This document shows, in pieces, positions 9,094 to 17,923 of a DNA stretch of 27,456 nucleotides. Under the pieces are notes generated by a model that saw only the letters and a list, made by a program, of their open reading frames with translations, did no database searches and had not been told where the DNA came from. The position numbers and the translations under genes are program-made. How positions within the stretch are numbered: position 1 is the stretch's first letter; the number at the start of each line of letters is the position of its first letter. This DNA is from a virus (lineage: Duplodnaviria; Caudoviricetes). The stretch covers positions 1-27,456 of IMG/VR virus record IMGVR_UViG_3300008255_000398. One strand, given 5' to 3'.

Positions 9094-9425
9094 AGGACAT
9101 GGGATTTGAAACAATATTAGAAAGGGCACAGAAAGAAAAAACGAAAGCTTTGGTATTTACTGGAAACAAGAAATATTCTTATTTTATTGACAGATTATTG
9201 GAATTAGGAGAGGTTAGGAGAGAGAAGCCTAATCGTTATGTTTTGCCAAATGGATCATGGATACAAATTGCAGTTAACGTTAAGACTTTGCCTGAAACTT
9301 ATAACTATGCTGGATATGAAGTTGACGCAATATATATTGATGAAATAACTGATATGGACCATCAAGCATTGGAATATTTAAGTACATTAATAAGGTCATC
9401 TGGAGGTGAAGCGAAAGATGAATAA
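9090..9425 (+). CDS. Truncated terminase-ATPase-like protein (Walker B region only)
   Basis: LPNGSWIQI...YAGYEVDAIYIDEITDM...EYLSTLIRS aligns with TerL FPNGARIKL...YQGQEYDVIGFEEATGF...QFVSTCLRS. No Walker A motif. Confidence 0.65.
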   Translation: MKDMGFETILERAQKEKTKALVFTGNKKYSYFIDRLLELGEVRREKPNRYVLPNGSWIQIAVNVKTLPETYNYAGYEVDAIYIDEITDMDHQALEYLSTLIRSSGGEAKDE

Positions 9426-10665
9426 GGTTGTAAAGGTCCAAGTATTCACTGAGAACAAAGAGATATACAAGATCATACATGAACTTATGTTTGAAACTAG
9501 AAAGTTACAGAATAAGGCCATTTGTGCGATGTATGAGTGGTCCGACTTTAAGTTTGAATATAAGGATAAGCATGGGACATATCCGAAGCCTTATGAAATC
9601 CTGGAGAAGAAAAAAGGAGATGGCGAAGAGTTTTACAAAACTGTGGGTGGGTATATTGATATGCACACCAGGGAACTTTTCTATAAGAATATTTCCAACA
9701 ATTCAAGCTCAGCTATAATGGAAGCTATGAAGCTTTTTAAGGCTAAAGAGAAGGACATGCAAAAGTGCTTATGTACATTGCCATTTTACCGCCAGAGCAA
9801 TAAAATAAACCTGCATAAACAGGTTATGAATATGTTTAAAAATGATGGGAAATATTTTATTGATGTTGGACTTATTTCTCAGAAATATAAAAGAGAATTA
9901 GAATTAACATCTGGACGATTTTTATTAACCATGTGTATCAATGATAACAGCCAGAAAACTATAGTTAATAGAATACTAAACGGTGAATATAGCTTATGTG
10001 AGAGTGAGCTGAGGTATGTAAAACGGCTTAAGAAGTTCTTTATATACCTTACATATGGATTTGACCAGGTCCAATTTAAGACCGGTAATAATGTTTTGGG
10101 TGTAGACATAGGAATCAAGTATCCTGTCTACATAGCTCTAAAAGACAGTTTGAAGCGTTGGCATGTGAGTGGTGACGAGATTGGAGCCTTTAGAAAACAG
10201 GTAGAAAAAAGGCGATATGCTAAGAGAAAGCAAAGGCTTGTATGTGGTGACGCAAGCCGCAAACATGGGCGTGGTAGACATTTGAAGCCTGTTACAGATA
10301 TTGGAGATAAAGTCGCTAGATTTAAAGATCGGATCAATCACAAATATAGTAGTTTTATAATTGATATTGCAAAAAAGAATAATGTTGCTATAATAAAGAT
10401 GGAAGATTTGACCGGGATAAATGATGATGTCAAATTTCTTAAAAACTGGCCCTATTATGACCTACAAAGTAAGATTAAATATAAAGCCGAGGCGGTAGGC
10501 ATAGTAGTTGAATTGGTAAATCCTGCATTTGACACTAAAGAGTGTAGCAAGTGCGGTCATATAGAATCAGGAAACATAAAGCCACAAGAGACATTTAGAT
10601 GTGAATCTTGTGGATTCGAAGCTCAAAAGAACTACAATTCGGCATTAGTTATAGCCAACAGATAA
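9418..10665 (+). CDS. cas12f: Cas12f/TnpB-family RNA-guided protein (415 aa), probably nuclease-inactive
   Basis: RuvC-I VLGVDIG, RuvC-II IKMEDL, NWPYYDLQSKIKYKA, Zn finger CSKC...CESC. RuvC-III reads QKNYNSALVIA instead of NADxNAAxNIA. GGAGGTG RBS before ATG 9418. Confidence 0.85.
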   Translation: MNKVVKVQVFTENKEIYKIIHELMFETRKLQNKAICAMYEWSDFKFEYKDKHGTYPKPYEILEKKKGDGEEFYKTVGGYIDMHTRELFYKNISNNSSSAIMEAMKLFKAKEKDMQKCLCTLPFYRQSNKINLHKQVMNMFKNDGKYFIDVGLISQKYKRELELTSGRFLLTMCINDNSQKTIVNRILNGEYSLCESELRYVKRLKKFFIYLTYGFDQVQFKTGNNVLGVDIGIKYPVYIALKDSLKRWHVSGDEIGAFRKQVEKRRYAKRKQRLVCGDASRKHGRGRHLKPVTDIGDKVARFKDRINHKYSSFIIDIAKKNNVAIIKMEDLTGINDDVKFLKNWPYYDLQSKIKYKAEAVGIVVELVNPAFDTKECSKCGHIESGNIKPQETFRCESCGFEAQKNYNSALVIANR

Positions 10666-10674
10666 GCAGTTTAC

Positions 10675-10792
10675 GGGCTGACTTGACAGCCTTAAAGCGA
10701 GACAGGGGTTCGCCCCTGTACTCTGCTAAGTCGTGATTACGCCGACATCCCAGGTGTGTGCCTGGCAATTAATATAAAAAACTGTTTTGAAG
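10675..10792 (+). ncRNA. tracrRNA/omegaRNA-like scaffold, copy A
   Basis: Starts 10 nt after the cas12f stop. Stems GGCTG/CAGCC, ACAGGGG-TTCG-CCCCTGT, GTCG/CGAC and CCAGG/CCTGG. Homologous to 18796-18913 with compensatory changes. Confidence 0.75.
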
Positions 10793-12558
10793 ATGGTATT
10801 ATAATTGGCGAATTGAAGAGTTTATAAAGTATTTGAGTTGAAGTAAATGGTGGGCATGATAATGTTTGAAGTAAATGTAAAGAATGATAATGTTTGAAGT
10901 ATGATCATATAATGAGCTAAGGTTTGAAGATAGGAAAACATATAATAAAGTTTTAAGCGGTGGAATATTTGAAGAAATACATTATCGGTTGAAGATAGTG
11001 TGGTAGTTGTTTGAAGAAGTGAGTGAGATAGAGGGAAAGTTTGAAGCGATAGAGGGAAATTTTGAAGATAGGTAATTAATTGATATTATGTTTGAAGTAT
11101 ATAGTAAGATGATAATGTTTGAAGTATATTAGTAAACTTAAAGAACTTGAAGAATAATCTTGCATTTGAAGATGTGTTATTGAAGAAGATGTGTTATTGA
11201 AGAATTTTATATTTTGAAGATATGAAGCTTTATATTATTGAAGATATGGAACTAATAATAATTGTTGAAGAGGTTTGTGGGAGTTAATTGGAGATTTGAA
11301 GATTTATTTAGAAGATTATATAAATTATCTAATGTTGAAGATGGGATAAAGCATGTAAAATTTGAAGAGAAGAAAATTATGAGATATTGAAGGTTGAAGT
11401 TTAAGTTTATAATGCATTAGGCAATGTTGAAGTTGAAGGTTTGGATGATGTCTTTATTGAAGAATGTAAGTATCCCATTTGTTGAAATTGAAGGATATGT
11501 CTATTGTTTATTATTGAAGATGTAAGTATGGTATGGTGATATTGAAGGCTATATAGTGTAGTTGAAGAAGGAAATTAGAATATGCTTTATTGAAGTTTAA
11601 ATACATTTATGTCTGTTGAAGGCTATTGAAGAAAGAAAAGATGTTGTTTCTGATTAATTGAAAGTAAGCTAATATAGTGTGTTGAAGAAGGAGAAATATT
11701 GAAGAAACCTAATAAGACAGTTGAAGAAATGGATATTGAAGAAACTAATGGCATTACAATATGTTGAAGAAATAATTTGAAGATGATATGTATAAGCAGA
11801 ATTGAAGATAGTTGTCTAAGGTATGTTGAAGAGAGTATATGTTGAAGATAGGTATATTGAAGTAATAAAGAGAGATTATAGTTGAAGAAAATGTTTAAGC
11901 TATATATTGAAGATTGTTAAGGATTGATTGGATTGAAGATGGAATTTGATTGAAGTATAATGAGTGTAATTGAAGGATTAAATAAATGTAAATTGAAGTA
12001 AGATACTATTTATAAGTTGAAGATACAAATTATTATTTACTATTGAAGATATTATTTGGAATTATTGAAGAATGGGAAGTATTGAAGATATTTATTGAAG
12101 AATGTTATGTTTTATCTAGTTGAAGATAGAATTGAAGAATGTATTGTTTTATGAAGTTGAAGAATATGTATACCCTCTATAGTTGAAGATTGCTATTATA
12201 AAATAATTGAAGAAAATATATTATACACCCAAATTGAAGACCCAAAAATTGAAGGCAAATATATATGATTGAAGAATGTGCAATGTTATTGAAGGATAGA
12301 ATAATTGAAGAGTATAGTTAATATTAATTGAAGTTTATGCTAAGAGATGATTGAAGAGAATGAAATGATTGAAGAAGATAAAATTTACTGATGATTGAAG
12401 GTTAAGATTTATATTTTATTGAAGAGATATAATAATAGTATTTAGTTGAAGATTAAAAATGTGTTATATTGAAGAGAATGAAAATAATAATAGTATTTGA
12501 TTGAAGAAGAGCAATGATTGAAGAGATAGTACTAATTGAAGAAGGTTTATAATTGAAG
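10787..12558 (+). CRISPR. Non-canonical array of about 77 TTGAAG hexamers with variable spacers (mean period about 23 nt)
   Basis: Manual count of 77 exact copies on the + strand, and I saw none on the - strand. No ORF. Bounded by the scaffold RNA and a terminator. The repeat itself is certain, while the CRISPR role is inferred. Confidence 0.65.
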
Positions 12559-12601
12559 GAAAAAGGATGATGTGTTTGGCCTGCCTATGTCAGGTCTTTA
12601 T

Positions 12602-12652
12602 TTATGCAAAAAAGTCTGTACTCAGAGCGGAGTACAGGCTTTTTATGCATAA
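12602..12652. terminator. Bidirectional intrinsic terminator closing the array
   Basis: TTATGCAAAAAAGTCTGTACTC-AGAGCG-GAGTACAGGCTTTTTATGCATAA inverted repeat with A/T tracts. Confidence 0.8.
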
Positions 12653-12789
12653 TAATTACAATAACTCAAATTATTTTTAATTAACAACAGGAAGTGATTA
12701 AATTATATTATAGCTATGAGCTAATTGCAACAATCATGTTGAAAATTGTCGGATATACATATATTATTATTATAGGGGTGATGTAACAA

Positions 12790-13245
12790 ATGGATAAAAT
12801 AAATTATGAAAATCTATATAAAAAAGCATATACAGGTAAAGAATCAAGTTATGAAATATTTGAAAAGTGGGCAAAATCAAGGAACATTATTAAATTTATT
12901 AAAAAAACAGGATCATGGAAGCAGATAACAAAAAATGGTATAAGAGGAAAGTTCCAAAACAGAGGGTATGAAAAAATGCCATTATCGGATCATACATCTG
13001 TATGGAAAGATAAGACAGGGAAAAAAATTCTTATTAGTCAGCCATATGAATATTATCCAGGTGATATGATGTCTTGTTTTGCTCCACCTAATATATATTG
13101 TGATGAAGAGCGTTCCCAAAAAAACTTTAATGAATTAAAAACATGGTGTAATGAAAGAAATTTAGAAGTAACGTTCTATGATTCAACAAATAGTTGGTAT
13201 TATCCATTCAATGCTATATTAATTGAAATAAGACAAAAAGAATAG
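12790..13245 (+). CDS. Hypothetical protein (151 aa)
   Basis: GGGGTG RBS. Motifs DHTSVW, ISQPY and SWYYP. Confidence 0.75.
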   Translation: MDKINYENLYKKAYTGKESSYEIFEKWAKSRNIIKFIKKTGSWKQITKNGIRGKFQNRGYEKMPLSDHTSVWKDKTGKKILISQPYEYYPGDMMSCFAPPNIYCDEERSQKNFNELKTWCNERNLEVTFYDSTNSWYYPFNAILIEIRQKE

Positions 13246-13293
13246 AGTGTTTTTTCTATCAGGCAACATTGGAACTTTTGGAGAGGTGACAGA

Positions 13294-13752
13294 ATGAACG
13301 ACATCACACTATACGGTAGAAATAGTTATGAAGATAAAGTAGAACCTTATCTTGACCAGATTGAAAAAATGTATATGGATGGATATGGAAGAAAAAAGAT
13401 TGCTGATAATCTTGGAATTTCAGTAAGTCTTTACACCAAATATTTAAAAATCCATAAGGACCTTGCATTAGTTGAAAACAGTGGAACTGAAAACATTGTT
13501 GAGAAGCTACGAGCTAGCGTAATTAAAGAAGCGACTGGATATGAGACAGCGGAAGAAACAACAATGTATGATGCAGATGGTAATGTTATAGCAAAGAAAG
13601 TAAAAACATATTTCAAGCCTGGAAATGCTAGATTGTTAGAATTCTTATTAACTAATTTTGAGAGAGATACATTCTCGAAAGATGGTAAACAGGATGATGA
13701 TGGAGCTATTCTTATCGAACTATCACCGGAAGCAATGGAATACAGCGAATAG
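13294..13752 (+). CDS. terS: Terminase small subunit
   Basis: N-terminal HTH (RKKIADNLGIS) and ATGYETAEETT...LLEFLLTN pattern. Lies upstream of terL. Confidence 0.7.
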   Translation: MNDITLYGRNSYEDKVEPYLDQIEKMYMDGYGRKKIADNLGISVSLYTKYLKIHKDLALVENSGTENIVEKLRASVIKEATGYETAEETTMYDADGNVIAKKVKTYFKPGNARLLEFLLTNFERDTFSKDGKQDDDGAILIELSPEAMEYSE

Positions 13753-13763
13753 GAGACATAATT

Positions 13764-14369
13764 ATGAGTGAAAACAGCAAAGATAAAATAGTGGTATTAG
13801 ACTTTGGACATGGTGGAGATGATCCAGGCGCACTATTTTGTAAGGGTAGAGGAACAGAGGCCAATTGGGTAAACAATGTTGGGTTAAACATTTATGATGG
13901 TCTGAGAAAAACAACAACATTTGATGAAAAGTATAAGCTCAGATTGACCAGGCATAATGTTGGAAAGACGATTAATCAAAGATGTGAAATTCTTAATAAG
14001 TTTGCACAATGCTATGATATTGTTGATGTTTATAGTATCCATGCTAATTCTCATGCATCAGCGAATGCCAATGGTGCAGAGATAGCTCTTGCGCCAAGTA
14101 ATAAGATTGATGTTGATTGGGCTACTAGCTTTTTAAATCAATATTGCAGTAAATTTAAGTTTACTAATAGAGGTATTTTGATTAGACCGCATAAAGATAA
14201 TTCTAAACAGAGTTATTATGGATTGCAGAGAAAAACAAAATCTAATGTATATGTCAAAATCATTGAGTTTGGATTTGTTTCTCATGATTCAGATAGTAAA
14301 AAGTTGTGGAATTGCATAGATGATATTGCAGATTTCACAGCAAATTTTATAAAAATGAGGTATGATTAA
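13764..14369 (+). CDS. N-acetylmuramoyl-L-alanine amidase (Amidase_3), putative endolysin
   Basis: VVLDFGHGGDDPGA, E (TEAN), SIHANS and IIEFGFV Zn/catalytic motifs. Confidence 0.9.
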   Translation: MSENSKDKIVVLDFGHGGDDPGALFCKGRGTEANWVNNVGLNIYDGLRKTTTFDEKYKLRLTRHNVGKTINQRCEILNKFAQCYDIVDVYSIHANSHASANANGAEIALAPSNKIDVDWATSFLNQYCSKFKFTNRGILIRPHKDNSKQSYYGLQRKTKSNVYVKIIEFGFVSHDSDSKKLWNCIDDIADFTANFIKMRYD

Positions 14370-14381
14370 GGATGTGAGGTA

Positions 14382-14609
14382 ATGTCCGAAAAGTATTTTA
14401 GTAAGTATACAAGAGTTGGGAAATACAAAGGAGAGATTAGCAATAGATTAGTTGACACTGATCATGATAGTACTTCTTTTAAATGCCCTACATGTGCTAG
14501 TACAGACATAACAAGAGCAACAGCAAGTAGTTTAAGCTGGACTTGTGTGAACTCTCATTCATGGGATGCTCCACACTTTAAGAAATATATAAGAAAGATC
14601 AATTGGTAA
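14382..14609 (+). CDS. Small Zn-ribbon hypothetical protein
   Basis: CPTC...CVNSH. GAGGT RBS. Confidence 0.65.
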   Translation: MSEKYFSKYTRVGKYKGEISNRLVDTDHDSTSFKCPTCASTDITRATASSLSWTCVNSHSWDAPHFKKYIRKINW

Positions 14610-14644
14610 TCGACACAAAATACACACCAAAAGGAGATGACAAC

Positions 14645-14917
14645 ATGCCATTATTGCCAGGTAAAATGGGTTTGGGAAAGAACATAAGTGAATTGATGTC
14701 TGGTGGTAGACCTAAGAAACAAGCTATTGCAATCGCAATGGATAAGGTTAAAACAAGGCCTAAATCTATGTCTACGCCTATGAAAAATAAGGCAAAATCT
14801 ATGATTACAGATATTAAGTCAAAATCTAAGGCTGTCCCTAAATCTACAGGATCAAGGTCTAAAGCTGTCCCAAAAACTAGGACCGCTGATAGTAATTACA
14901 GTATATTTAAAAAATGA
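14645..14917 (+). CDS. Small basic Lys-rich phage protein
   Basis: MPLLPGK...KNISELM..GRPKKQAIAIAM motif common in phage morphogenesis regions. AGGAG RBS. ATGA overlap with terL. Confidence 0.7.
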   Translation: MPLLPGKMGLGKNISELMSGGRPKKQAIAIAMDKVKTRPKSMSTPMKNKAKSMITDIKSKSKAVPKSTGSRSKAVPKTRTADSNYSIFKK

Positions 14918-16311
14918 GAAAATTAACACTACTTGGTGAACCATCAGCAAAACAGAGAGAATTTTTTCTTGCTAAAAGAAAACATATTGGATATGGTGGT
15001 GCTCGTGGAGCAGGTAAATCCTGGGCTATGCGACGTAAATTTATATTACTTGCTTCACGATATCCAGGCCTTAGAATTCTTTTATTAAGAAGAACATTTC
15101 CAGAATTAAGAGAAAATCATCTTCTACCTCTCCAGTTAGAAATTGGAGGGTATGTTCGATATAAGGAAAGTGAGAAAGTATTTATCTTTCCTAATGGAGC
15201 TAGAATTAAACTAGGCTACTGTGATAATGAAAATGATGTATTGCAGTACCAGGGCCAGGAATATGATGTAATAGGATTTGAAGAAGCTACAGGATTTACA
15301 GAATTTCAGATTCAGTTTGTATCAACGTGCTTACGATCCGTCAGGACGGATTTTGAGTCACGAATCTATTATACTTGTAATCCTGGAGGCGTAGGACACT
15401 CGTATATAAAAAGATTGTTTATTGACAGAGAATTTGAAGGAAATGAAAATCCAGATGATTATGTTTTTATTTCTGCAAGAGTTTGGGATAATAAAGTTCT
15501 TATGAAGAATGACCCAAATTATATTAAGATTCTAGATTCATTACCAGAGGACCTTCGAAAAGCTCATAGAGATGGAGACTGGGATGCCCTTGCTGGACAG
15601 TTCTTTAAAGAGTTTTGCAAAGATATCCATGTAATAGAACCATTTGTTATACCTGATAGCTGGACAAAATATGTTACTATCGATTATGGATTGGACATGT
15701 TAGCAGCTTATTGGGTAGCTGTAGACTATCAGCGACATTGCTATGCTTATAGAGAGGTGCATGAACCAAATTTAATAATTAGTCATGCTGCAAAGCGTAT
15801 TATAGAGGCAAATAATGGAGAAAACATTAAGGAATTTTATTGTCCGCCAGACCTCGACAATAGACGACAAGATTCAGGTAAATCTGCATTGCAAATCTTT
15901 GGCGAACATGGTATAATTTTTTCAATTAGCTCAAATGATCGGGTTAATGGTTGGTTAGCTACAAAGGAATTACTTAAAATTTATGACAGCGTAGATGAAC
16001 ATACTGGTGACCCGATCAGAACTAGTGATTTAAAAATATTCAGCAATTGTAGGAATTTGATAAAGCATCTTCCGGTAGCTCAGCAAGACAGCAAAAACCC
16101 TAATGACGTGTCGAGCGTACCGCATAATATAACTCACTCATTGGATGCACTAAGGGGTTTTGCAATCACCTGGGTTGATGCTCCGTCAAATTCCGCCGAA
16201 GATGAAGTTACTGGAAAAGTTTGGGTAACAGGAGAGCTGAAAATGCGAGGATTTAATTCTCGACAAATTAAGCAAATGGCTAAAACAGGAAAAATAAAAC
16301 TGCTTATGTGA
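14914..16311 (+). CDS. terL: Terminase large subunit
   Basis: Walker A GGARGAGKS, Walker B VIGFEEA, motif III TCNPGG, nuclease IDYG and HSLDALR. Confidence 0.95.
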   Translation: MRKLTLLGEPSAKQREFFLAKRKHIGYGGARGAGKSWAMRRKFILLASRYPGLRILLLRRTFPELRENHLLPLQLEIGGYVRYKESEKVFIFPNGARIKLGYCDNENDVLQYQGQEYDVIGFEEATGFTEFQIQFVSTCLRSVRTDFESRIYYTCNPGGVGHSYIKRLFIDREFEGNENPDDYVFISARVWDNKVLMKNDPNYIKILDSLPEDLRKAHRDGDWDALAGQFFKEFCKDIHVIEPFVIPDSWTKYVTIDYGLDMLAAYWVAVDYQRHCYAYREVHEPNLIISHAAKRIIEANNGENIKEFYCPPDLDNRRQDSGKSALQIFGEHGIIFSISSNDRVNGWLATKELLKIYDSVDEHTGDPIRTSDLKIFSNCRNLIKHLPVAQQDSKNPNDVSSVPHNITHSLDALRGFAITWVDAPSNSAEDEVTGKVWVTGELKMRGFNSRQIKQMAKTGKIKLLM

Positions 16312-16320
16312 GGGAGTATC

Positions 16321-17205
16321 ATGAATACCCAGTTAATATTGATAGATGAATTAGAAAATAGATTTTTATTGAAGAACAAAGATATAGATATAGTTTTTGA
16401 TATGAATAAAGCTGATGTAGCATATGTTACATTTAGTAAAATAGATTTTTCAACATACCCAAATATAAAACATGTATTATGTCCATGTACTAACACGAAA
16501 CATATCACAGTAAATAAGACTCAGACACTACACTACTTAGATGATGCCGCATGGTTAGGCTCAAATGTAAGGTCCACTGTAGAGTGGACTATTTGGGCTA
16601 TAATGAATTTGTTAAAAAGTGATCATAACAACAGGCCTAATGAAATATTTGGAAAGACTGTGGGCATTATTGGTATGGGCAGGATAGGTCAAAAAGTAGC
16701 TAGAATACTTAGATCACTTGGATGTCATCTCATTTATCACGATCCATATGTTGAACAATGCGGTGGAATTCTTAATATATCTTTAGAAAGAATTATGAAA
16801 TATTCTCAAATTATCACTGTTCATGCAGTGAGTAATGAATCTACATTTAAACTAATTTCAGAAGAACAATTTAATCAGGTTAGGCATAGACCATATTTTA
16901 TTAACTGTTCAAGAGGAGCAGTAGTCAGTGGTAAAGCTTTATGGAATTGTTACACCAGGAACAAACTAAAAGGATTTGCTATTGATGTGATTGATACTTA
17001 TGATCCAGAAACTATTGCTAGTATTAGACATGAATCGCTAATTAGTAATAGGGTTATATTTACAGATCATAAGGCTGGAAGTAGTATTGAAAGTAGAATT
17101 GCAACAGATAGCTATGTTATTGACAAATATATCACAACTAGGGGACAGCAAAATGGAGAAGACGAAAATAATAGTAGAATGCTGCAACAATCATCTCGGA
17201 CTTGA
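16321..17205 (+). CDS. D-2-hydroxyacid dehydrogenase family NAD-binding protein
   Basis: GKTVGIIGMGRIG, FINCSRGAVV, AIDV and TDHKAG. Confidence 0.88.
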   Translation: MNTQLILIDELENRFLLKNKDIDIVFDMNKADVAYVTFSKIDFSTYPNIKHVLCPCTNTKHITVNKTQTLHYLDDAAWLGSNVRSTVEWTIWAIMNLLKSDHNNRPNEIFGKTVGIIGMGRIGQKVARILRSLGCHLIYHDPYVEQCGGILNISLERIMKYSQIITVHAVSNESTFKLISEEQFNQVRHRPYFINCSRGAVVSGKALWNCYTRNKLKGFAIDVIDTYDPETIASIRHESLISNRVIFTDHKAGSSIESRIATDSYVIDKYITTRGQQNGEDENNSRMLQQSSRT

Positions 17206-17923
17206 TGAAGTTCGAATGAAGATGATTGAAGAGGCAGCAAAAGCAGGAGCGACTTATGTAAAATGGCAGCTTTATAATTCCGATTTTATCAATGAAGAAT
17301 ATCCTAATTATGAAGTTGTAAAAATGAACATGAAAAGATGTGAACTTACGCCATTAGCAGTAAGTAACATCATGAGGAAATCTCAGGATATGAATGTTAT
17401 CCCGATGTTTACCATCTTTAATATTGACAGGCTTGCATTATTGCAGGGATGGCCGCCTACTGCTATGGCTGTTAAGATAGCAAGCCCGGACCTATTGAAT
17501 TATTCTTTAGTAAATGCAGTAAGGTCCAAATTTAAAGATTCAGAAATGTTCATTAGTGCTGGTATGCACAATGAAGAAGAGATTGAAAACGCTAGATATA
17601 GGTATAGTGATTTAAAACTTAAATGGTTGTATTGTGTTTCGAAATATCCAGCACATAAAGAAGATATATCATACATTGATATGAGAAGCTTTGACGGATT
17701 TTCAGACCATACAGAAGGCATCGATTGCGCTTGTCTAGCAATAGATATTAATCAGCCAACGTATATTGAAAAGCATTTTACATTGTCTAAGTTACTTCCT
17801 GGGAAAGACCAGGAAATTAGTATTGATCCGGAAGAACTTAAAAGGTTAGTAGTTCATTCTGGATATCATATTAATAACTACAATTATAAAAGGAGATTTA
17901 AAGAAATTGGAATATCTAGTTGA
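17153..17923 (+). CDS. neuB: N-acetylneuraminate/nonulosonate synthase family (NeuB), no C-terminal AFL domain
   Basis: ECCNNHLG, VKWQ, KIASPD, ISAGM, YCVSKYP, GFSDHT, IEKHFTL. Confidence 0.9.
   Translation: MEKTKIIVECCNNHLGLDEVRMKMIEEAAKAGATYVKWQLYNSDFINEEYPNYEVVKMNMKRCELTPLAVSNIMRKSQDMNVIPMFTIFNIDRLALLQGWPPTAMAVKIASPDLLNYSLVNAVRSKFKDSEMFISAGMHNEEEIENARYRYSDLKLKWLYCVSKYPAHKEDISYIDMRSFDGFSDHTEGIDCACLAIDINQPTYIEKHFTLSKLLPGKDQEISIDPEELKRLVVHSGYHINNYNYKRRFKEIGISS

Noticed and set aside
9418-10792. IS200/IS605 or IS607 transposon carrying tnpB
   Set aside because: There is no tnpA or serine recombinase and no clear element ends. The gene is coupled into a phage operon, and the RNA lies downstream of the ORF and leads into an array.
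12213-12232. Self-targeting by array spacers (e.g. ATATATTATACA also at 7442)
   Set aside because: Only short AT-rich matches of about 12 nt were found by eye, which is not distinguishable from chance without computation.
10800-12553. TATAAT in spacers with TTGAAG as a -35 mimic (promoter decoy array)
   Set aside because: About 7 TATAAT copies is near chance for this AT content, and they are not at a fixed 17-nt spacing.
10787-12558. Low-complexity coding region (IEE/LK repeats) or simple satellite
   Set aside because: No ORF of 60 aa or more, spacing is not a multiple of 3, and the spacers are mostly unique.
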